A DNA stretch of 63,842 nt, counting the filler, from Phoronis australis (taxonomy: Eukaryota > Animalia > Phoronida), in NCBI GenBank assembly GCA_002633005.1. It is 8 parts of 8 records of this genome, joined end to end, with 100 filler letters (N's around TTAATTAATTAA, not from the genome) between each part and the next. Parts side by side here need not be neighbours in the genome. Positions count along the whole stretch, not along the records: positions 52,808 to 59,655 come from NMRA01000839.1; positions 59,756 to 63,842 come from NMRA01002706.1; 6 more parts are not named here. One strand, written 5' to 3'. Shown piece by piece: positions 52,808 through 63,842 of this stretch (position 1 is the stretch's first letter; the number at the start of each line of letters is the position of its first letter). The notes beneath the pieces are model-generated. The model saw only the letters and a list, made by a program, of their open reading frames with translations. It searched no databases and was not told where the DNA came from. The position numbers and the translations under genes are program-made.

Positions 52808-54573
52808 GCTTCCGCCAGCGTGTCGCCACAGCCGGCTACAATGATATCATCAGCTACCGTAAATATTCCATCTAAATCACCGAGCGCTTCGGTAATTTTT
52901 CTTTGGAAAATTTCACCGCTTACTTTAAGTCCGAATGGTAGACGCGCCCATCTGACGCGGCTTCCAAAAGAGGTTATCATTGTTGTCAGAAAACTCGATT
53001 CTTCGTCTAGGCGCACGTGCCAAAATGCCTCTTTCACGTCATATTTGCTAAATATTTTTGCGTTATTTAGCTTTGGCAAAACTTCATCCAATGTAGGCAT
53101 CTTATAGTGTTCGCGCAACAATGCCTTGTTCAGTGGCTGGGGATCAATACATATGCGCAAACTTCCGTTTGGTTTTCTTACTACTGCCATTTGTGATACC
53201 CATTTGGTTGGTTCAGTTACCGGTATCAATATTCCACGTTCAATCAAGTTATCCAATTCTGCCTTTACCTCCGCTTGCAATGCAATGGGTATTTTCCTTG
53301 CAGGCAATGTTTTGGGGGGGATCTTGTCATCAGTGACAAAGGACACCTCCCCCAAGTCTCCGAGATTTCCCGCGCAGTTACCATAAATCTTGTTAGTGTG
53401 TATTTCAGACACAAACTTGTCATTGTTTACAGTAATTAATCCCAGGGTCTCCAGGGTTTCTATCCCTAATAGGCAGTTGAATCCGTTCGGAACTACTGTA
53501 AATGTTATTCGTCTGGGAATTCCGTCGACGGGGTTGGTCAGATTGAGTGTTGCCTCGCCCAATGGCTGTTGTTTGGTTTTGTTCCACATAACCAATCTGT
53601 TAGTACTCGGCTTGCACTGGTCTTTTCTCACGTATTTCTGGCATATCGTGTTTATATCTGCACCAGTGTCTAATTGGAAGCGTATGTCACATCCGTTGAC
53701 ATTCATGTTTGCGAACACGCGTTTTGGCGATCCAGTATCGATGTGTTGTAGCCATTGTTCATCAATTTCAGATTGTGATTCCTGGCTCACCACGTTCACT
53801 TTTTTACACTTTGGTTTGAAATGGTTTCGTCCGCCACACCCTGTGCATATTTTACCCCAGGCCGGGCAATAATCCTTCCCCTTTTTGTGTTTTTTTCCAC
53901 AAAAGTCACAGTCTATCGTCGCAGGGGGTTTCTGATCGTAACTGGCATTTGGATACCTTTTGTGTGCGGCGGGTGTGTGTTTGAAAGGTTGCTTTCTTAC
54001 CTTTTGGATTTTAGTGTCGTTTGTGCCACTAAGCGTACCCATTTCACGGACTTGTTGATTTGACATCTCGAATGCGCGGCACGTTTTTATCGTTTTGTCC
54101 AGCGTCAAATCAGTTTCTCTCAGTAACAGTTCTTGCAATTTTCCGCTGACGCTTAACACTATCTTGTCCCGTATCATTCTTTCTTTGTCGTTGAATTTGC
54201 AGGATTCAGCTTTTGTCCGCACTTCGGTCAAAAATGTGTCGAATGGTTCGTTATACTTGATTTTCCAAAAACGAAATGTTTCGACCACCACATTTTGTTT
54301 TGGCGTACAATACTCCTCCAGTTTTTGTAACAGTTTCTCGGGATCTTCCTCGTCTCCGGCATTATCGTATACAAAATGTTCAGCGGCGCTAATCACGTCA
54401 TTGCCACCGCAATGCAAAATAATTGCTGCTTGTACCTTCTTGGGTTTTCCTGTCGCTCCGCTGGCCAACAAGTATACGTTTAATTGCTGTTTCCATTTGC
54501 GGAATGTTTCCGCAAGATTAGCGTCCGATAAGTCCAGTTGTGGAGGCAGTCTAAAATTGCCGTTCGTTGCCAT
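52808..54573 (-). CDS. Ty3/gypsy (Mag-like) gag-pol, single frame: capsid, two Cys/His knuckles, aspartic protease, RT (truncated at segment end)
   Basis: CDFCGKKH..CPAWGKICTGCGGRNHF..C; FQLDTGAD; WVSQMAVVRKPNGSLRICIDP..LN; RLPFG; VADD. No stops. Confidence 0.93.
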
Positions 54574-54594
54574 CTTTCAGAGATTGGTCAAAAT

Positions 54595-54607
54595 ACCGCT
54601 GCCACCA
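54595..54607 (-). promoter_or_regulatory. Primer-binding site TGGTGGCAGCGGT (tRNA-Leu type)
   Basis: Plus strand ACCGCTGCCACCA equals the 3' end of eukaryotic tRNA-Leu(AAG)+CCA; directly abuts the LTR end. Confidence 0.8.
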
Positions 54608-54721
54608 TGTTGAGTTGTTAAGTGAATAAAGAACGATCTTCAGGATAACTAGCACTGCCTTTATTGATGTGCACTAACTGGTGCTCACACTACAACTAAT
54701 AGATGTTTACTCTATGTAACA
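54608..54721 (-). mobile_element. Candidate 5' LTR (114 bp, TGTT...AACA)
   Basis: Minus strand TGTTACATAG...AATAAA...CTCAACA, then the PBS. The outer boundary is inferred because the second LTR is absent. Confidence 0.65.
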
Positions 54722-56599
54722 TATATATATAGAGACCGGTAGAGGTCGCTCATATCAACAGGATACGAGTCCAGCCGTTCAGAAAAGCCAGAGACCGTTA
54801 GCGTCTTTGGAAAAGCGACACTGTGCAGTTTCGCCCTCTTGTGGCCTTTACACGTAGGACTATTGCGCATGCGTATTGTTTTACGAAGATGGCGGAAATT
54901 TAAAACAGAAAACATAGATGGATTCTGTAGTGGAGGATTTTCCTACTCTGCCCGTAGATTTCGATGCAAGGTAAGTCTTTTTATTCTTTAAATCTTGGTA
55001 AATGTGCTTGATGTAGAAAAACAGCCACTGTAGTCAGATTCAAAGTACGAACCCTTCTGTAGTAATAGCCGAGATTACCCGAAAACAGGGAATCGAACAT
55101 GCGAGCTCGAGAAAACCGGCGATCGTGCTAACCATTATGGTAATAGGCACTTGCCCTTTAGCCAGTGTGTTCATAAGTTTCAGCGGGAGCACATCTGTAA
55201 CATTACCCCCATTCCAATGTCACAGGCGCGCCACTAGGAAAGGAACAGCCTCCCATTCTTAGGACCTCGCTAGAAAGCAAGACTTCGCGAGATTACGAGA
55301 GATGTTGCCGTGCATTTTAAATGAGATCACGTGACTTTGGCTAGATTCTAGCTAGGTCCTAGCATTTCAGAACGCACTCCAGGTTGTCTTGCATACACGT
55401 TGTCAACTTGCCGTGGCCACCTTTACCAACGGGTGAACAAACACAAGGTTGTCTCTCATACAGCCAGGTCCTCGTCTCTTGGAACTTTTACCATCACCAT
55501 AACCATGCGTGCTGTACGAGGTCTGCGGGTACTAGTTAGCATTGGCAGTGCTAAGTCTTGTTACATTGTGTCCCTGGAGGAGAGTAACACCTAGTAATTT
55601 TTTCGTCTCTATTCAAAGGTGTCGAATTTGAATTTACAGATGGAATACTTTAAATTCGGTACAAACTTTGTTAAATCCTTAAATTCAGAGAAATTCTTTA
55701 GATAAAGAGCACTTTTGTCTCCTAATAAATTGGGAGAATTCACACGATGGGATCATTTGTCGTATTAGCATCTGGTCATTTGTCGTATCAGCATCTGGGT
55801 CAACATATGTATCTGGAAAGTGTATCAGTTTTTAAAGTAATCCTTGTAATTTGTTAAGCTCTTAGACAACATGACTGAATGCTTAGACTGGAAATGTTGA
55901 TCCGTAATGGAAGACAGAGATGACACTGGCTATCTGAGATGCCAGAATTTCTCACCCAATGTGAACGTTGTGTCCTTTTGTTGTGAGTGATCTGCCAGCA
56001 GTTTTTCACGGGTTATGGGTCATACATCTATTTGATGCAGCCAACAAAACTTACAAGGCAAGGAGATGATCCCAATTTCAATTGTCTGATGACACAAGAA
56101 GTGCACCAAAAGCAATCAATATGATTCGTCTAAATGCTCAAGCAAAGTTCTACTGGCCAATAAGATTTGCCGAAAGTGTTTCCATTCAAGGTTTCTTGAT
56201 GTTACTGACACTGCTACTGGGTCTGAGTAGTGTCACAGTATGCGGTCGTGGTCAGTGTATAAACCATTGTGATTGGTTGGCCAGTAGGAGCTCAGGTGTT
56301 GTATGCTGAGGTGGTAAAAATCCCAAGTGTGAAGTCGCCACACAAACATTTGAGCAGGAAATGAGACGAAATTCGGAATCACTCACCAAAAATCAGTAGG
56401 ATCCACGAGTCTATTGAGACATGCATAGATAATGCATGCTGATCACCTGCAGGTTGCCTTGAAACAAGTTGCCTTTTTTCTCTGTGCTGTGTTGTCAAAG
56501 CCTTCTTATAAACATGTGTGCTCATTGTGCCATCATCCCTGTTCATCCATCTTCTGCTCTATCTCCAAAGCCCTTTGATTCAGGTTCATGAAATTTTGC

Positions 56600-58130
56600 A
56601 CATGTGTTCCTTTCATGGATGGGACGACATGAGCGAACTTTCGGATGGATCCGACTACCAGTGTGTCCACTTGTGGCAGTTTTGTTTTTTTTACGTTTAC
56701 CTCTGTATCTTCAAAGGTTTTCACAAAATTTGGTCGGTAGGCAACCATTAGTGAGATGACACTATCCACCCGTTTTCATATGGATTCGAGGTATTTTGCA
56801 CCAATAGCCATTTTAACTGTTTTCGAGTCTGTTTTTTGACGATTGCCCCTCTATCAACCAAACTGCCCTAAGCGTGATTGTGAAATTTGGCATGTATACA
56901 TGTTCTTACTTTGAAGAGGACGGTTAATGATGATATTTCGATTACTGTGGCAATGTGGTGCCTCCTAGTGGCAGTTTTTTTTTGTGCCCATTGCTATACC
57001 CATAAACTCTTCAAGATCTATTTTATGAATTTGACAAAGGATGGCGACGACTTTCTGACATATCTGACTATCGATGTGCCCGCTAGTGGTAATTGTTTTT
57101 TGTTACGTTTACCTCTGTACTTTCAAAGGTTCTCAATGGATTTTCATTGGTAGATAGGCATCTATTAGTGAGATCACACCGTTCTTCCATTTTCAGATGG
57201 ATTCGAGATATTTTGCACCACCTAGTGGTCATTTTNCCCCCCCTATCAACCGAAGTACTCTAAGTATGATTGTGAAAATTGGCGTATGTTCTTGTTGTGA
57301 AGCGGATGGCTGACGATGATTTGCCAATAACTTCGACGACTGGCAATTTTTGCTCTCCTAAACTGTCTGAGGGATCTTTATATACATTTAGCAAGTGTAT
57401 TTATGTGAAGTTGACTATGGCGTAGAGTTTGGTACATAACTTTCTATTAAAGAAACGATAACATGGGTCTTGTTTTCAGATGGGTTCGGCTTATTTTGCG
57501 CCATTTGGTGGCCATTTTTACTCGTTTATAGTCTGTTTTTGGTGTCTGCCCCTCTTTCATCCAAACCACACTAAGGATGATTTAGAAAATTGGTGTTCAT
57601 GTTTCTACTGTTAAGCGGACGACCGGTGATCTTGAGACGACTCGGACTACTGTCGTGTCTTCTGGTGGTCGTGTCTTCTAGTGGCCATTTTTTGCAACAA
57701 TGGCTGTTTGTTTCTCCCAAACCCTCTGCAGGATCTTTGTTAAATTTGGCGAGTATATTTATATGAAGTTGACAATGGACAAAGATCATATTGGGATGGA
57801 TCCAACTACCGCTCTGCCCCCTATTGGGAATTTTATTTTTTGTCCTCTGTATCTTTGAAAATCTTTGGCAGATTTCGACTACCAGTGTGGTTTCTAATGG
57901 CAATTTATTTTTTTGTGTTTCTCTTTACATCTGGAGTTTTTAGGCAGATTTTCATGAAATTTGGCAAATTGCTTTAAGAGACTACGACACCTTCCCATTT
58001 TCGGATGAGTTCAATATATATATACTGTGCCATCTGGTGGCCATTTTTATGGTACTAATAAACACTCCTAATAGCACACTATTTCCAGTGTTGTCCTGGG
58101 CGTATTTCAACGCTCCGCGTTGCTCTTGTT
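56600..58130 (-). mobile_element. Helentron/HINE-like element with internal degenerate tandem repeats
   Basis: Minus strand starts AAACAAGAGCAACGCGGAGCGTTG; repeated GATGGATTCG..TTTTGCACCA..GTGGCCATTTT units. Confidence 0.4.
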
Positions 58131-58566
58131 TTAAAACTGGCTGTCTCAAATAATAGCCACGACACCAAATTCCTGAGACCTCACTCCAAGGTCTGTAACT
58201 AATGCATCCTAGGCATTGCTGATTCTGGTAAAATCAAGTAGCAGACCGCCTCTAATTAAGTGGTTAATTACCTGGTTAGTTACCTGGTTAGTTACCTGCT
58301 GGCTTTCTTAGAAAAGTGCCAATAACCACTGATACAAATCTTAGCCTTTATTGTATTTGTTAAATAGCTCTGTGTCTCGGGTTTCTGAAATGCAAATGTA
58401 ACCCAGTTTATTGACGTTATTACTTGTAACTCAAGAAAAAGCACTCATCAACGTTCTTGATAATAAATGAGAAGTTCTGAACGGGCGTATCAACCTTCGA
58501 TTACTCTTGAACACATGATGTTTTTAAGTCGTATATGAGTTGCATCTCTTTGTGGATAGCTTATTC

Positions 58567-58794
58567 CAGGGCTTGGAATTTTCTTTTTTAAGAGAATTTC
58601 CTTTTTTGTTTCGATATTCTCTTATTTGATTTCTAGGTTCCTCTTTTTTGTCTATTTATCATTATTTTGACATTATTTATGCAAAAATGTTTATTTCAAT
58701 TAAATTTTACAACACAAAAACAAAGGTCTATCATGCAAGCAATATATTAATTGGTAAAAATTTCTTTTTTTTTCATTGGTCATTCCAAGCTCTG
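58567..58794. mobile_element. Short member of the hAT6-like MITE family
   Basis: Same termini as 11766-12266; flanks TTATTC / TTATAC (5/6). Confidence 0.7.
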
Positions 58795-59920
58795 TTATAC
58801 ATCGCAGATTATACTATTTACTGATTTGACCTCAGAGCACTGCCAGGCATAAAATCCAACTCCTGTTCTTTAGGAGTCACTATCTTGTTATAGATTGTTT
58901 ATTGTACCAGGAGATTCACAGATTACCTGCACCTCATTGATGTGTTTATTGTCTCTTCACGTGTTGGTTAGTTACCGAGTGAGCTTGACGTACTTGTACT
59001 GATAAAGCTCCTGAGCCAAACCCTGTTGGATCTTGAATGTGAATTAGTGTGTAGTTAAACAGCTTGTGTGCTTGTGAAGTGGATTGTGTCTAGAGGTGTT
59101 CGTGTCGTGTTATTTGTGCCGTGGGTTTGAATCTACTGATATAGTCATGGTTTTGCTTCTGGCCATAGTGGTTGAGATTTAACTATTACACATGTGAAGG
59201 CCTGATGGTTGTGTGTATGCGCTAGTGACACCTTCTGGCCGTGCACGATTGTCCAATGCAATGAGGTGAGAAACCATATATGACTAAGTCTGGTCCTCAA
59301 TTTCAAGCAAAAGGTATTGTTAAAGTTGTTATTTCACAATTTTTAAGACTTAACACCAGCAGTTGAAGGCTTTTTCGACAGGTATGTTTATTCATCGCAA
59401 TATGTCCAACAAGTGAAAGTTCTCCACAGAAGTTAAGATCAAGAAACATTTAATCTATTCCTAGCCTGATTTGTCCCTATTAATTTTATGCAATATAAGT
59501 AGAGAATTATGGTACTTAGATTTTGCCATGTGCCATTAGGTACAGCAGAAACCTTGCTACTTTGCTGAAGAATTAAGATGACATAACATTACGCTTTCTG
59601 CCAAACTTTGGTTTAATTTGATGACACAATCTGACATTACAAGGCCATAACTTCANNNNNNNNNNNNNNNNNNNNNNNNNNNNNNNNNNNNNNNNNNNNT
59701 TAATTAATTAANNNNNNNNNNNNNNNNNNNNNNNNNNNNNNNNNNNNNNNNNNNNTAGATCCGCCACTGCAGTGACACCATCATCAGTGTCATTCCTTGC
59801 CAATGACATCACCAGCACTGTCACTGCTTACTAGTGACATCATCTGCAGTGTCATTCCTTACCAATGACATCACCAGCAGTGTCATTCCTTAGCAGTGAC
59901 ATCATCAGCAGTGTCATTCC

Positions 59921-61618
59921 CAGGGATATACCCAGGTTTCAAAACCCTGCTCGCCAGCTGGGCGAGTGAGCCAGAAAATCTGCTCACCCAGCCCGAAGTT
60001 CAGTCGCCTGGCTGTTTTCATCTGTTACCACAAACTTGCTGCCAGTGTCAATAAAAATTGTCATTTCGTGCGTTGTTATCACCAACAATATTCACCCTAA
60101 TGAGCGCCCAGGTTACTTAGAAAAATTTGTTTCGGAAGGGAGGCTCTTCTTGTAGCCTAGGGCGGTTGAAACCCAGTCTTCGAAACGGTGAAATCGGAAG
60201 CTAGGATTCATCAAATTTACATGCTGTGACGTATCTGCAACCTATGACAGACTTTCAACAAAACTGTGGTGCATTGCTATCAAACTTTGTTGTTGTATTA
60301 CAATCTTTTAAAAAAAATGTGCTGAAATACCAGGGCGAAAACTTGCCGACTGATGCGTGGCTGCCCTCGCGATCGTCGATAGGGCAACTTGAATTCTTGA
60401 GTAAAAATAAATTTTCGACTCAACAAATTACCTGAAATCCTGCTTAGTTTTCCAAATAGCATCCTTAGATTTTTAAGTTCCTGTGGAGTTGGGATTAACC
60501 CCAGATTAAGTCCAAATCTGCGCAAGATCGCACCTCGCAACGCAAGAAAAATTTAGACAAACACACATGTTGTTGTCACGTGACGTTTGTTTTGAAGTTA
60601 GTCTGCAGGTGTGCGCCAAGTGAATGAGCGCGTGCATGAGCGCGTGCATGTCATCAGAGTTCATTTGCGAGAGTAGCAGCAGGCTCACATATATGTAGAC
60701 CCTAGTGCGCGCTTCTTGGCCTCGTGCTCATTAACACTGGTCAAGTAGCGATTCGTGGTTTTTATGTGTACAAAGTAATCTGGATTCCTGTTGAGGGAGA
60801 AGATCTGTATTGGAAAGATACAATACAATCCCGTTGACAAGTACGCTGTGTCTGTTCTCAGTGAAAGGCCTGACCATAGTGGGACACGTTCCTTGCAAGA
60901 TTAGCAAAGCTTTTGCGTTATTTTTGAAGCACTACTGAAGTTTGAAGTGTACAGACATAGCGGCGAGGCTCGTGATCTAGAAATTCCGTGCACAATCATT
61001 TTTGAGAACTCTCGGATACTATTGATAAATTGAAGACATTACTGTAGAATTTAAGAACTGTAGGTAAGGTATTTTTCGCATATGTACACGTTCATTGATT
61101 GGGCGCTTATTAGCAAAGTCTGAAAACAAGTGGGGGTGCTTATAGAGGCATGGGCACTTATTAGGACGAACGTTATTATTCATAAAATAGTTTTGGCTAA
61201 AATGATATTTTACGTTACAATAAAAAATCAGTTCCAAGAAATATGGTATTTCACTTGCGGTGAGCACATGTACCAGTCGTCTGCATTTCCCCCCCTTTCT
61301 TCGTTTCGGACTAGTCCACAAATACCTTTGTGCACGACCACACACTGTCTTCTTTTGTCTAGACAAATCGGTAAGATCACTCTGCGCCGATGTTTTTTAC
61401 TGCCGGAGCATCGACACGCTGACCAAACTGAACCTTAAATTCATGATAAAAACAGCACAAGGAAGAGAAAATTTATTCATGTTCATCTGGGAAATGATGT
61501 AGTGTTTTTGGCTCTGAAAATTCACTCGCTTCCTGGGCGACCGGCAAAACAACTTCTACTCACCCAGCACCATTTTTACTCGCATTGGCGACTGGGCGAG
61601 TGGCTAAGTGTATCCCTG
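59921..61618. mobile_element. hAT5-like DNA element (TIR CAGGGATAYAC, 5-bp TSD ATTCC)
   Basis: ATTCC|CAGGGATATAC...GTGTATCCCTG|ATTCC; subterminal CTCGCC/GGCGAG repeats at both ends. Confidence 0.8.
60751..60992 (+). pseudogene. Degenerate HIRAN-domain ORF fragment inside the hAT5-like element
   Basis: IRGFYVYKVIWIPVEGEDL..NPVDKYAVSV..IVGHVPCKISKAFALFLKH..LEIPC, with frameshifts. Confidence 0.6.
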
Positions 61619-63842
61619 ATTCCTTACCAATGACATCAGCAGCAGTGTCATTCCTTACCAGTGACATCATCTGCAGTGTCATTCCTTACCAGTGACATCA
61701 TCATCAGTGTCATTCCTTACCAATGATATCACTTGAAGTGTCATTGCTTACCAATGACATCACCAGCAGTGTCATTCCTTACCAGTGACATCACCAACAG
61801 TATCATTCCTTACTAGTCACATCACCAGCAGTGACATCACCAACAGTATCATTCCTTACTAGTCACATCACCAGCAGTGTCATCATCAGCAGTGTCATTC
61901 CACACCAGTGACATCATCATCAGTGTCGTTCCTTACCAGTGACATCACCAACAATGTCATTCCTTCCCAGTGACATCAGCAGTGTCATTCCTTGTTAGTG
62001 ACATCATCAGCAGTGTCATTTCTTGCTAGTGACATCATCAGCAGTGTCATTCCGTGCTCATGTGGGTTAGTGCCCTGGGCATTTAAATTTAAAAACTAAA
62101 AAATCATGGGATGTGTGTTTATTGAAGTGTTGCCTTAGAGAAATAATCATGCTATGAACATTCCCACTAAATAAGATTGGTCCTAACCCCAGTGGTTAAG
62201 GTAAACGGTGGGGTATGGAAAATTGAACTAGACCGTATTTATCCACCTTGGCTGAGTCGCACTCGGCTCACGATCAAAGGGATGCTGCCAAGCTGCTCTA
62301 GTCATCGAGTCACGAGCGAGGATAATTGGCTTCGCTCATGCGGATATGATCAGCTGATTACAATCTAGCTAGCAGACTGTACTTTTTATGGAGAGNNNNN
62401 NNNNNNNNNNNNNNNNNNNNNNNNNNNNNNNNNNNNNNNNNNNNNNNNNNNNNNNNNNNNNNNNNNNNNNNNNNNNNNNNNNNNNNNNNNNNNNNNNNNN
62501 NNNNNNNNNNNNNNNNNNNNNNNNNNNNNNNNNNNNNNNNNNNNNNNNNNNNNNNNNNNNNNNNNNNNNNNNNNNNNNNNNNNNNNNNNNNNNNNNNNNN
62601 NNNNNNNNNNNNNNNNNNNNNNNNNNNNNNNNNNNNNNNNNNNNNNNNNNNNNNNNNNNNNNNNNNNNNNNNNNNNNNNNNNNNNNNNNNNNNNNNNNNN
62701 NNNNNNNNNNNNNNNNNNNNNNNNNNNNNNNNNNNNNNNNNNNNNNNNNNNNNNNNNNNNNNNNNNNNNNNNNNNNNNNNNNNNNNNNNNNNNNNNNNNN
62801 NNNNNNNNNNNNNNNNNNNNNNNNNNNNNNNNNNNNNNNNNNNNNNNNNNNNNNNNNNNNNNNNNNNNNNNNNNNNNNNNNNNNNNNNNNNNNNNNNNNN
62901 NNNNNNNNNNNNNNNNNNNNNNNNNNNNNNNNNNNNNNNNNNNNNNNNNNNNNNNNNNNNNNNNNNNNNNNNNNNNNNNNNNNNNNNNNNNNNNNNNNNN
63001 NNNNNNNNNNNNNNNNNNNNNNNNNNNNNNNNNNNNNNNNNNNNNNNNNNNNNNNNNNNNNNNNNNNNNNNNNNNNNNNNNNNNNNNNNNNNNNNNNNNN
63101 NNNNNNNNNNNNNNNNNNNNNNNNNNNNNNNNNNNNNNNNNNNNTGCGGATATGATCAGCTGATTACAATCTAGCTAGCAGACTGTACTTTTTATGGAGA
63201 GAGTTTTACGTAGTTTTTACTGTTATAGTTGAAAAGAGGAGCGAAAACAAATATGAGTACAACTTTGAATTTTTCAAATCGGCCCAGGATAAGAGATTTT
63301 GCAACACAGCAACACTCACGATTACTTTCATTCGGCGCGCACTAACACAAAAATATAGGACCCAAGTTATTTAGATTTTGGAACACATGCATTGCAATAT
63401 TCAAAATACGTACGTTTATCATGAATCTTACAAGCTGTAAAACCACGTTGTTAATTTCATTGTGTTCATTCATTGTCATCTGTCAAATCGGCAATTTCTG
63501 AGATGTGATCTGCGGCGTTCGCGTATGAGTACAAAACACGTGATTGTTATGTTCCTGAAGTTTGAAAATTAAGAAGGCTTTAGCATGCCGTTATTATTGA
63601 CAGGGGCACGATAAAACGAATTTGGTTTTTGACTATAGTCTTGATACAGCGAGCTGGCTGACCACTGCGTCAGTGTCTCCGTTAGACCCAGAAATGTCAC
63701 ACAGCCCGGGTAGTTCACCTCGTCCCCAACATGTAGATCGAGCCTTGGACTATTAATACTCCACGTCAGAGCTAATGACAGTCGGCCTGTGCACACAAAA
63801 TCTGTGAGCTAACCAGCACTCACCTTGCATGTTGCAGCCGTT

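Larger units (their letters stand above)
59770..62053. repeat. ~31-bp minisatellite (CAGTGTCATTCCTTACCAGTGACATCACCAG) split by an insertion
   Basis: Units at 59770-59920 resume in register at 61619-62053. Confidence 0.9.

Noticed and set aside
59155-59240. A-box-like TGGCCATAGTGG as a tRNA or SINE head
   Set aside because: No B-box or cloverleaf discernible.
15468-59755. Recurring TTAATTAATTAA palindrome, and apparent nesting or linkage of SLC10A, dynein and gypsy within EXOC4
   Set aside because: It is an artificial spacer inside N runs, so segments are not demonstrably adjacent.
62339-63202. Direct repeat on both sides of the gap (also 17868-17882 / 18132-18146)
   Set aside because: Most likely an unmerged contig overlap or a collapsed tandem repeat.

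Overview
Eukaryotic (invertebrate-like metazoan) draft-genome sequence. It is not one locus: seven artificial 100-nt spacers (N44-TTAATTAATTAA-N44) join eight segments, so adjacency across spacers carries no information. Segment 1 (1-15467) holds four 5' coding exons of EXOC4/Sec8 among nested DNA transposons. Segment 2 (15568-38580) holds a tandem cluster of SLC10A (Na+/bile-acid symporter family) copies. Copy 1 is almost intact but has one in-frame TAG and a non-canonical CT donor, copy 2 is a decayed pseudogene, and copy 3 is visible only as its upstream region. Segment 46534-50995 holds axonemal dynein heavy chain (DNAH12-like) exons. These include two tandemly duplicated, equal-length (141 nt) homologous exons that look mutually exclusive, plus an intronic long-range complementary pair resembling a docking-site/selector switch; this is the most interesting signal in the window. 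The rest is a Mag-like Ty3/gypsy gag-pol with a short LTR and tRNA-Leu PBS, Kolobok-like THAP elements, hAT-like MITEs, a Penelope GIY-YIG remnant, FEN1/XPG-like and HIRAN ORF remnants, and several satellites. Family assignments come from recalled motifs, not database searches.
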